Source: Chrysomallon squamiferum
Lineage: Eukaryota; Animalia; Mollusca
Direction of reading: 5' to 3'
DNA length: 64,000 nucleotides
Assembly: GCA_012295275.1 (NCBI GenBank)
Contig: CM022670.1
Coordinates: forward strand, 35,836,001-35,900,000
A program made the translations under genes and the position numbers. Below, piece by piece: positions 1 to 11,800 of the stretch; positions within the stretch are counted from its first letter, which is position 1; the number at the start of each line of letters is the position of its first letter. The notes under the pieces were generated by a model. It made no database searches. It was given only the letters and a program-made list of their open reading frames with translations, and was not told where the DNA came from.

Positions 1-360
1 TGAAACATATGTATCTTTCTCTATCAAAATAAATTAGTATTTTTAATTTTAAAAAATTTTGTCATCTTTAAGTGTCAAAATAATAAGCAATGGTAATTTT
101 AGTGGAAAATTCTGTTAAATATTCTACACTTAACATTTGTATTATTAAGGAAAAACCTGATAAATAGCCAAATGACACAAGAAAACTAGACTAATAAATA
201 AAAAATAAAAAAACATAAAAAACATAACAAACAAAGATATATTTTCTATTTCCTTGAGTTAATGGTTGACATAGAAAGAATTTGAAAAAATATATATGCA
301 AGCACTGTAAGAATCATTTGGATAGCTTCAGAAAATGAAGTAAAGACTATTCATACAAAC

Positions 361-3008
361 CTTTGTACACTATGATTAGTGCTGATCCAATATGGTTTGC
401 ATTCTTTGCAAAAAATAAAATATATATTTATAATAATTTAATGAATCTATATATGCATTTGATGAATACATTATTTCAACTACTCTCAGATTCATGCATA
501 TTTAAGAGATGATTTCAACATGCTGTCAGAATATACAGTTTATTATTATTATTATTTTTATAACTTTTTTTTTATTAACAAATATTCTAAACAGTAAATA
601 CATATCAAAGGATTTCTTAATTTGTTACTTTATTATCATGTTTAATCATTAATAAAGACGGATCAGATTTAAATTAAAAATAGTGTTTTTTAAGCCATTT
701 ATGTACACAATGAACACATGCTATGTTAATATTAATGCATGATTTAATATTTTATCTTAGGCTTTTTGATATTTAATTATTTTTAAAGTGATATAAAAAT
801 TAAAAAATATATCACCTCTTCAACAAATTTACAGATAGTTTCATTCAGATGTACAATGAAAAACTGCTCAATTTCCCTGAAAATTTTCTCAGAAAAACTG
901 AGGTAATTTTTTACTGTGGTTCCAAACTCATTTAGAACAGCTTCATCAAACTCATCAAGTCTGATTTTCTCTAATGCATATTCAAGAATGTCTCTCAGAG
1001 GTTCCATTGTGACGTTCACCTGATTGAAAATCATTATGATTAATGAACAAATGCAATCATCAAAACACTTATTCTATTTTAAACATATTTTATGCAGGGT
1101 AGGATTAAGCACTAGTATGGGGCCTGTAGCTTATGTTATAAACAGATCAGATTAAAAACACACATACACACACAATCAAATAAATCTGCCATTTTGGTAA
1201 TACTATTATTTATATGCACAGTTGCATACAGTTTCAGATGTCAAAAGTGATAAAACTACAATCTAAAAGTTACATTTTCTAGATCAAATACAAATTTTGT
1301 AACTTTTATAATTGTATTTGTTTTATTTTCATTGTAATTTAATTGTGGTTAGTTATATTATAACACCTGTAGGAAGTATGATAAAAATTCAAATACACTA
1401 ACCTGCTCTGAAACTGTTTGATCCAGCCATTTATTCATGAATGCATGCATAGCTGAAAAAGTATAATTCACTTTTATCATTAATGTAATTGTTACTATTA
1501 TAAAGGGAGACTACTGACATTAATTTTATTATCATGGCCTGTTAATATTATGATTTACAATAATTTTTAAAATTATTTATTAAAAAAAAAAGAAGAAGAA
1601 GAAGAAGAAGAGTCGTTTAAATCATGGCCTGTTAATATCAAGATTTGCAGTAGTTTTTAATATTCTCAATTAAGAAAATAATAAGAAGAAGAATAATTTA
1701 AAGTGTAATATTTTCAACATTGAAAAGAAAAAATGTTTTAGTTTATTTTTAATTACTTCATTTCTTCAAGTCAGTATCATTTATAGAAGACATGCTCAAA
1801 GAAATGTTAGTCACTATCATGGTAATAACAATAAATAGTTATAATATTACTGTTATTACTGACCACTGGTATCTTTAAATATTAATATGTGTACCAGACC
1901 AGTTATCCAGCAAGCTTGAAACTGAAAATTATCTAGATTTCTGGATTTTCAAGTTTACTGGACCAAGGCTGAAGATATATACATATATATAAAATGTAAA
2001 ATAAACAATAAAAAGGAAAGAATCAATATGTATTTAACTGATGCAAATTAATACACTTCTAAAGTTAGTTGTCTGAAAACGGTCTGATACTTGTATATAA
2101 AGAACAGACTGATTTTACTTCCTTTAAAAAACATTTCACAAAACTTCACTTAAACCTTATGTTTTGTCTTTAATTCCAAATGGAGTAAAATAGCAATTAG
2201 ATTACATATATTAATTTTTATCATATTTTCAAAATGATTCTCAGAAATAAATAGGCCTATCAGAGAAAAATCATAATGACTTTGAGAACTTTTTATTTTT
2301 ATTTCCATATTTGTAAATTTAATAAAGAAAATAAAATGTTATTCCAAAGTAGTGTTTAAGTTATGTAAATATAAATGAATTAAATAAATAAATAACTTAA
2401 ACTTGGAGTGGCTTCCTTTTAAGAATTAAAAAAAGTGTTTTATTAATCCACTTAACAAATAATTTTTTTAAAGATGTGACTAATATTTTTACTAAACTTC
2501 TGAGTTAATAATATACATAACTTTTTTGATCTCATCACAGAAGAAAAATGTAAGTTAATCAAATTCTGCAATTCTTTTAAAGACCAATAATTATAAAATG
2601 TCTCTTTTTTATGACAAAATCTAGGGAGATCTTGCCATATTCAGATTATGGTTAACAGCCATAAATAGTGTTTTTTACAACAACAATTAAATAATAATAA
2701 AATAAAAACAGAAGTATATGGATAGACAACAAATTAAAAAGAAAGAACAAAACATTTGAAAAGTATTTATTATTTTTTTTATCTGTGTATTATTAATTTT
2801 TATTTATAAATACATAATAACAAATTTTCAATAAATTGGTAGTTAGCCCTACTTTCAGTTGTGAAAATGAAATTGAGAAAATGAAAATTAAATCATCTAC
2901 ATCTTAGATCAATTATGATGTTACCCCCACATTATTATTATTTATTTATTTGATTTACGTTAGTTTACACAGTGATAGACAATAAATACATTTTTAAAAG
3001 TTACCCAT
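361..3008 (-). CDS. 5' part (exons 1-4, partial, continues left of the window) of a tandem paralog of the HELZ2-like gene at 7604-22077
   Basis: Coding exons 3005-3008 (ATG G|gtaac, in-frame TAA three codons upstream), 1403-1452, 816-1019 and 361-403, all GT-AG and in frame: MAMHAFMNKWLDQTVSEQ|VNVTMEPLRDILEYALEKIRLDEFDEAVLNEFGTTVKNYL...FVEE|NANHIGSALIIVYK. Exon 816-1019 aligns without gaps to exon 20737-20946 (25/68 identical by hand). Exon 361-403 has the same length (43 bp), phases and ...YK G| end as exon 20241-20283. Confidence 0.8.
1531..1700. repeat. Degenerate ~90-bp direct tandem duplication in intron
   Basis: ATCATGGCCTGTTAATAT at 1531 and 1621; each copy is followed by similar GATTT...TTTTTAA sequence and an AAGAAGAAG tract. 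Confidence 0.75.
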
Positions 3009-3174
3009 TTTGGATTATATTTCTTCCTCCTTGCAGCCGAGTTTTTTTCAACTCCACAAAATCCTCGTACGTCCACCACGTCAATGCATATTAATCCACA
3101 ATTATTTTATTATTATAAACTAAAATCAAAGAAAGTATTGCGCCAGCTTCGCAAGTAAAGATAGTAATAACTGC

Positions 3175-3272
3175 GAAACCGCTGAAACAAAACTTTAAAT
3201 TAATCCAATATATCAAATTACAGGAAACGAACATTGGTGAGTTTTCCAGGAAGAACTGCATGAATCGAAACT
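3175..3272. promoter_or_regulatory. Putative promoter of the left paralog with GAS (STAT) and IRF-type motifs
   Basis: TTCCAGGAA (3244-3252) fits TTCN3GAA; TTACAGGAA at 3218-3226; GAATCGAAACT (3262-3272) fits AANNGAAA; GAAACCGCTGAAACAAAACT at 3175-3194. The cluster lies 170-260 bp upstream of the inferred ATG at 3008, in a locally CpG-richer patch. Confidence 0.45.
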
Positions 3273-4409
3273 AGGGCAAACACAGTTCTCGTATCGATCT
3301 AGTACACCTTATCATGACTAATAATAAATACCTGTAGAACAGCAATGTGTTAGTTAATCAAGATATACTGGATTAATTTAAATAATATAAAATTATGTAA
3401 AAAGAGAAAATTAGAAAATCTTCATATACTGTATTTAAAATGCAGGTAATGACAAGTTAAGAAACATCTGTTAAATGTCACGGTGACAACAAAATGGATC
3501 AGACGGCTTGCATTATCAGTGGTTTGATATTCTAATATTGCTCAGTTTTACTTGTCTTGGGTTTTGATGTTTTTTCACACTTGTACTTTGTATGCGATTT
3601 AGTAATGGTATAAGAGTGAGTGACTATATCAGATGATGTCTGTATGTGTATGTGTATGTATGTAAGTGTGTAGTAACAGAACCGAAGGTATACAAGAGCT
3701 TCGCTTGTGTAACCATTTTCGTGTAGTGAACCAGTAGAACCTGTTGTCTCATTTCCACAAATATTAAAACAAAACGTACTTTTCTCTTGGTACTGAGAAA
3801 AAAGCCAGTATGCAGAGCTCTTGTATAAAACATTGATGGCAAGAATATTTGTTCTATCTTTTTCAAAAACAGTTTTCATCAGAAATGAATATTTATCAAA
3901 ACTGTTGTTATGCAACATCAGCATGTCATAATTAATATTTTGCCTGGTAAAAGTTAGACGTGTATGTTTTCATCTTCAAAACATTAATCAAAACTTTTTT
4001 TTTTTTTAATTTTTTTTTTTTTTTATTTTTTTTAATTTTGGATATTGAAAAGTAAGTTTTAACCTTATCCATGTCATCGTATCCTAGATCTGTTGTAAAA
4101 GAAAATAATTTTATTAATATACCATTTCATAATTCTTGTATTTGAAAAGAAGAGTTTAAACACTGGCATATTTTTGGCCATCTTTAGTAGCATGTGATGA
4201 ATGGGCAACAGGATTAGTCTTAATTTGTGCATTCATTTTCGTATGTGTATATGTAACTTCATTTGTCAAAGCTATTTGTCTTTATGATAAAAAAAAAAAA
4301 AAAAAAAATACACCGGCGAACTGACGACGGGAGAAAGCGGCGGGTGTTACATATATTTAAATTTACAAATAAAAATCATTTTACGTTTTGTGTGTATTTT
4401 ATCCGTTTA

Positions 4410-4411
<2 letters not shown>

Positions 4412-4445
<34 letters not shown>
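4412..4445. repeat. (TAT)n microsatellite
   Basis: Direct reading of sequence. Confidence 0.9.
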
Positions 4446-4448
<3 letters not shown>

Positions 4449-5326
4449 CATATTGCACCATGTTTGGATCAGAACACAGTATAGAACTAGGCAGAATCTT
4501 CGCTTGATTATTGAAATAAATTTTTATTTATACTAATTACTTTCTTATTTATTTAAATATTTATTTTTATTTATTTATATATTTATTATTGTTGTTGTTA
4601 TTGTTGCACTGATCTATACTTATGAATAATTATAATAAAAAGACAAATGTAGAACAGGTTCGTGGAAACAGTTTTAATGTATAGCGTTCTACTGAAATAA
4701 AATCTGTAATGTTACTATACAGCTACAACACTGTCACCAGGGCCCCAAAGAGAAACTTTTTAAAGGCATGCAGGATTTATTTCCATAATACTAGTAAAAA
4801 GAAGTAAGTGTGATGTGATGTTTGTGTATATCGGGCTGGGTAGAAAGGGCTTGTTCTCGATCGGGGACGGATGTTGCATGGTTGCTATGGGGAACTTCTT
4901 AGCTCCACGGCCCCGGTAACAAAGTACCGGCTGGAACCCCCCCCCCATCTCATAGTTACATGCTTGGAACCGTTAATTCAAATATTTTACTTTAAAAAAA
5001 ATAATAAATAAATTAAAAAATCAATTTTGAGGTGTAACTTTAATTATTTTCAAATTACGTTTAGTCCTCTATTTTTGGTACTAAACAGAAATAAAAATAA
5101 GTTTAAAAAAAATGTATTAGTTTAAAATTTAATTACGCAAAAAAACCACAAAACAAAACAAAACAAAAAACAACACATAATAACAGAAATAATAATAATA
5201 ATAATTGAGCCGTAGAATATATCCGGATTTTGTGCTACTGCTGCTGCTCTTCATGGTGGGTTTTCTGTTGGTGGTTTTTGTTGTTTTTGTTTGTTTGTTT
5301 GTTTGTTGTTGTTGCTGGGTTTTTTG

Positions 5327-5330
<4 letters not shown>

Positions 5331-5370
<40 letters not shown>
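5331..5370. repeat. (GT)20 microsatellite in a low-complexity GT/T-rich tract
   Basis: Direct reading; explains the spurious VCVCVC/HTHTHT ORFs at 5129-5603. Confidence 0.95.
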
Positions 5371-5375
<5 letters not shown>

Positions 5376-5694
5376 TTCTTGTTAGGCTTATCCATTATAA
5401 CAATATCTTCTGTTATACAGTTAGAGTTACGCATGTTCAGGTTGGCTCTTCTGCCCTTTTCCTATCTTCATTCTTTCTTCTTCTTTTTTTTTAAAATTAT
5501 TATTATTTTATATTTATTTGTTATTGTAGTTATTATTGTTGTTGCTGCTGTTGTTTTTAGTATTAATAATAATATTTTAAATTTTCTTTGTAATGGAGCA
5601 TAAGCGTGTCTGTTATTTGATATAAATAGTATGTTTCATTACAGCTGTTACTCAGAAAAACTAAACTAAAAATAGAAACTAGAATAACCAGAAA

Positions 5695-5756
5695 TGATAA
5701 CTGTCACACCTTTTCGGAGAATTGATAGTTGTCACACCTATTCGGAGAACTGATAA
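5695..5756. repeat. 28-bp tandem repeat (~2.2 copies), each unit containing TTCGGAGAA
   Basis: TGATAACTGTCACACCTTTTCGGAGAAT / TGATAGTTGTCACACCTATTCGGAGAAC / TGATAA. Confidence 0.85.
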
Positions 5757-7603
5757 TGTTACAGTTCATTACAGTCCATTACAATCTAATAATAAACGCC
5801 TCTCACTTAAGAAGGTTAGACCAAGCAAGTAAAATACAAATATAAAATTAAAAAAACAAAATTAATATTCATCTTTAATAAAGACGGTCAAAAGTTCACG
5901 AAATACATTTTCAGTATATTCAGATTAATTTCTTAATATATATGCTTAAGATCTTGTTGAATGAGGGGGGGGGTCTGTATTTAGTCATTTAATAGCTACA
6001 TGTATAACACAAGGCAATCCGGGCATCTAAGATATTCCTCCCATAAAAATAATCTCCCTTATCAAGAAATTTGTGTGTGTATATATATACATTTGGCCCT
6101 TAGTGTAGATGTTTTGAGTTGAGCAGATACTCTTATTATTGTTGTTTCTTTATTATTTTAAATATCTTGTTATTATTTTAAACATTATGTTGATGGATCC
6201 AAATCTTTATAAAATTAAGCAGTTGGTTACGAGGACGAAACAAAATGAATGAAATTTACTTAGTGAAAGCACAGTTATGTTGATACATCAACTTGTATGC
6301 GGTAGGCAGAGAGGTGGAAACACACACATACAAAGAAACATACATGCACGCATAAAAAAACACATCCTGCTTTTTAAAATATATTTTTTTGCTGATAAAC
6401 CAATTCAGTGGAATTTTGTTCAGCCTAATAGGAACATTTACTTCTTTTTTTTAATGATTTGGTTATACAAGAAAGAAAGCATATATGTTGTTGATTACGT
6501 TATGTACCTATATGATATCGGAATAACAGTTTTCGAAAATAAATAATGCCATTAAAGTTTGCATATCTATTATATTTTGTAATTTTTTTATCTTCATCTG
6601 TATAAAGTACATAATTTTAGACATTAAAATAAAGATATTAAGTTTATAGAAAACAAATTATTAGGGATACTAACAATGAAATACTTTGGTTTTAAATGAT
6701 ATTGCTTGAAATGGTATATTTGTAGCTATATAATATATGTTTCTATAATTAAAATAAAATGAACAACCTAACAAATGAAAATGACATAAAACAAATGATA
6801 TAAATTATTTCTGAAAATTCGTTTGGCATTGTCAGTAAATAGTGTAACACTAATACAGTGATATTCTTAAATATTTAAAAAATGAAATTACAAAAACAAA
6901 AAATATAATTAAAGTCATGTCAAATTATTTTTTTTATATAAATATCATCTTAGGACATTAATATATGCTTACAAATATAATACAATATAAAGTTAATAAA
7001 TACATTTTTTTTATAAAATTTTAAATGTATTAAAATGTTATAAAAATAAAAATTATTCATTATGAAAATACAGATTATAATGATTAAAAATTGTTTTTAA
7101 GAAATCAATGAGTAAATGTTCATTTGTCCAGCAGTGTTTTTATTAATATTCATAATTCTTCACTTTTCAGTTATTTCAGATATAAAACAGATGAACTTTA
7201 TTCATATCTAATTAAAAGCTAAGAATATGTATGTGTCTCAATGAATTTCATTTAAGTTATTATACAACTTTATTGTTAGTTCTTGTTCAATTCATCTGCA
7301 ATTGATGGCCTTACTACATCTAAATCTAACTGTAGTTTTTAGGAAATAAACCAAACATTAAGTCACAGTATCTTGAACCTGAAAAAAATGTAAATGTCCC
7401 ATTTTCATTTAAACATTTTCCATTAATGTTATTACAGACTCTTCAATCAGTAATTAAACAATTTTAGGCGAACAATGAAGTTCTAAGAAATTTTACATCA
7501 TTTTAATAAAAATATAAAATATACAATATAATTGCATCCAAATTATAATCTTATCATCAGATTTTCAAAACTGGCTTTCAACAGATTCTTCTTTTCAATT
7601 CCA

Positions 7604-8482
7604 CTACATCGCTGGAAATTGATCTGGATTTTTGATCAGACAATGTTTTTTTTCATAATGATTTAGTAGGTTCTTCCAAATAGTGTTCACCTTTAACAAG
7701 TTCATATTGCCTGAAAATATATATTTATATTATTGTGTATTTGTAATGTAAATAAAATAAAAATAATAATAAAAATAAAATTATGCTGATTTATATTTAA
7801 TTATTTTATTAATATCATTTATAAACACATATTGAATAATAAAACCTTATTAAGCATTAAGATGAAAAGCAAGATTATTTTGTGGACAATTTATTACCAC
7901 TGAATTAAATGTCTTATTGATATTACAAGCTAAAAAAATTATATCTAAACAGAATTCCATAAAATTTACATTTAGTATTTTATATTATGGAACAATATAC
8001 AGTATATTCTTAAGGTACAGCTTTAAATATTAATCTGAATGAGAAAACCTATGTATTAATCTTTTTAAAAATTTTGCTTCCTAAAGACATACTGAAACAA
8101 TAATATAATCCTTTTTCAATATAATTTCTTTTTTTTACAATTTCTTCAAAATGATCAGAGCTTATAAACATGAATAAATAAATACCCTCGATAATTTTTT
8201 GATTAATTTTAAAATCTTATTTACCAACAATAATCAGTCCTTTTCGAGCTCTTGTCAGAGCAACATTGATCTGGTTTGCATCTGTAATGAATCCCAGATT
8301 TTGTCTGCACCATCCAAGTGTTGGAGCAGGTTCTATTTTGTAGGTTGGCAGGGACCGCACTGTACTGAATATAACATAATCCCATTCACCTCCTGATAGA
8401 TGTAAATAGAAGCAATACAATATTTATTTTAGGTTATTAATCTTTGAACACTGAAGAAATGATTAAAATATTAGGCACAGAG

Positions 8483-8514
<32 letters not shown>

Positions 8515-8832
8515 CAATCCCTGAATTATATTAATTTTCTTAATGGACTAAAATTTGATTTTTTTAATGATTATTATTATTATTATAAATCTTTGCTTAC
8601 TAAAAGTAGAGAAATTAAGCTTCTTTTTCTAATAAGTGATCATTAATTACAACAGAAAAACCTTGGATTAAAAATAAAAGGTACAATTCATGTAAAAAGA
8701 AAGGAATGATAGCTTTTTTGTTTCCTATTATGTATTTAAAAAAATAAATCAAATTAAATAACCAGAATCAGAATTTACAAATATGAAAATACTAAAGAAA
8801 AATACATTCATTATTATGACTATTTCTAAAAA

Positions 8833-8873
<41 letters not shown>

Positions 8874-11800
8874 AATGTTAATAATAAAAATAATGTTAAA
8901 TAAAAAGATCAGTTTTACCTTGACTTGATACTACTGAACTAACATGGAGTTGTCTTAGCCTTGGGGCCTCGGGATTATTGTTGTTCCTGGGATCCATGTA
9001 TGCTTTTAATTTACTCTTTATAGCATGCACTTGTGAATTATACTGAGTCAGAACAGCAATGTCTTTGGATGGCATACGTGTTGTGATGCGCCTTGTAGTT
9101 CTCTTCTCAATAAGCGATCGATAAATTTCCACCTTTAAAATGAAAATAAATTACCATTCATACAGTATGTATAAAATAGCTGTAAATAATCCTAATGTGA
9201 AATACACAATTAGATAATCAGGTGTCAAGTAGATGTTAACCTTTTTAATTCTTTTGTTTTTCATTAATTCATTAATTTATTTATTTATTTATTATTATGT
9301 ATTCTGACAATAAATTGTGTTTTAAATGTTAATTTTGTTTTAATGCTAGAATACTTAAATACAATTAATTTCAGAGAATGCTTTTCCATATCCAGAAAAT
9401 CATTTCAGGATTGTGTACACTTAAATTTTTAAATATTACATTACACTACAAAATAAAATGTTGTGTTGTCTAAATTATGAAAATCTACTTTGAATAAATA
9501 TATTTTAGAATCTTTTTTTCAATAATTCTGTGTTATTTTTTTAAAATGTTAGAAGATTTAATTTTTTTCTGACAGTTGAACTATATTTAATAGAAATGAA
9601 TTAATTTAGTGGTCACATAATTATTCTATTTCACACATTTGTTGAAAGCACATGAATCATTTGATTAATAACACAATGGACTGTCTGTCTTTGGAAGTTG
9701 AGGACAATATTTGCTATGAAACAGAGAGACAGATACATTTTAAATATTAAAATTATAAAAAATCAGCTATTATTAAACAGGCACAATGGTATTAATTTAT
9801 TTCCCCAGATTTTATTTTTATATTTTTTTTTTTTTATTTTTAATTGTTATTATTATTATTATTTTTTTTTTTTTCCATTATAGGATGCTAATAAATAAAT
9901 TCCTGATTCTGCAAAATAGAAATATTACAAACCACTTTATCAACTTCAGCCATATTAGACTTGGACTGTTCATTTCCTTCCTCTGTGTTGACTGACAAAG
10001 TTTTCTCTACTCCTTCAACATGGCAGAAAACATGACGAACAGGTTCATTAGGCAGCAGTTTCTCTAAAGTATCATCTTTATTAAATATTGTTTTAAGCTT
10101 CCCTTCGTAGAATTGTTCTGATGGAAATTTACATATCTGTGGATGCTAAGAAAAGGATCATACACTGAAGTAGGTTTTAAATTTTGAAATACATAATAGT
10201 ATATCTTGACGAGTGTATGTGTATGAGTGAAATTCTGCTGTCTCCAAATGATAACCTTAATTATTACTTAAAATAGGATTGGCAGTAACTGAGTCTACCA
10301 TTATTGCTGTAATATAGACATTTAAATTAAAAAATTTTAAAAAAAGCCACAGTGATGGCATTGTTTTCATGTACATAATGAATCATAATACTTATAATTG
10401 CATTAAGTTTTGATAATTGAAACAACTTTTAAATATATTACAGGAAAGTTTTCACTATATAAGAATGGGAACCAAAATGCTAAATAACATTATTAATTTT
10501 TATTATTATTATTATTATTTTGTAGTATACCTACCATTCTGTACTGAGTGTCAAGAAAAGTGAAAATTGATTTCTGTGAAGAATATCTTTCAAACAGTGA
10601 CTGATCCATTCCTAATTCTGCTGCTTCAGAACACTGAATGATGGGTCGGAGTTGTTTGTGATCTCCAATCAGTACAACCTGTTTTGCCTTGGTGGCTATT
10701 ATTGGAACCAGCGCCAATGGTTCTGGACACATTGCTGCTTCATCAATGATGCACTGAAAGATCTTTGTGGCTGCAACAAGCTTTTCATTTCCTCCAACAG
10801 AGCATGTACACAAAATTACTTCACACCTCTTCAGTTCATCAGTACAAGCTTCATTGACCAATCTTGTATAATATTTTATAGTGTTATGTCTAGCTCTGTC
10901 AAAATCTGTTAAAGTTTCTTCAGAACTTTTATTTTTGGGCTGATGAAAAAAGACAAAATTTCTAATCATTTGCATTTCTTCTTTTGTCTTTTCCTTCTTT
11001 AGCATTAGTTTAAAAATATTGTCAAATTCTCTGATTTCTTCTGCAAAATTACCTCTTTTTCTGATGATGTGATGAAGTGTGATATCCTGAAGCCGAGAAT
11101 CTGAATTAAGATCATGAATGTTGCGTTTGGAGAATAAATCTCTGTTTGGAACTGGATAATCTTGATTTACAATATTATTTCCATACATCCGTATAAGTTT
11201 AGGACACTGATTTCCTAGGCGATCCAGCAATAACCCTGAAATATTTTTATTTGTATAATTAAAAAAAAAAAAATCTTTTCTGGCTTGAAAAAATTCAGTA
11301 TTAGGTTTAGACATAATATCAAATTCTGTGGGCATAATTTTATTACAGAAATAATTGTAAAATAATTTACATTTTCATCCAGATAATTACTTTTTGTAGT
11401 TTACATTTGTATATGACTTTAGAAAATTCTTTAGTTAATAGATGGTATTATTTGGCATGTATTATAATAACTTACATGCAACCATGTCAACAGATTTGTT
11501 TGAAGGTCCACAGAAAAGCACTTGAGTCTTCTCTCCACCTTCAGCTCGGACTTTTTTATTGATTTCATTGAACAGATAAATCAGTTTAATCCCTGAGTAT
11601 GTTTTCCCTGTTCCTGAAATATGTACAGATAATATATGTAATAAAAGCTTTAACGGCAGGTTAATTAAGTTTAGGAATTAAAAATAATATCATATGTCCA
11701 TTATCCCAGTATATGTTAAAAAATTAAATATTTCCATTAATATACATATATATTACAAAGCATTAATATTATTAACATATTATTATAAATTATAATGATA

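Noticed and set aside
1906-1962. Small imperfect hairpin TCCAGCAAGCTTGAAA / TTTCAAGTTTACTGGA
   Set aside because: Short and degenerate; probably a MITE scrap with no further support.
3532-3924. 130-aa and 80-aa minus-strand ORFs
   Set aside because: No recognisable motif, partly microsatellite-derived (YIHIHIQ), and no convincing splice context; likely chance or TE-derived.
5129-5603. Overlapping hydrophobic/VCVC ORFs resembling membrane proteins
   Set aside because: Translations of GT/TTG/TAT microsatellites.
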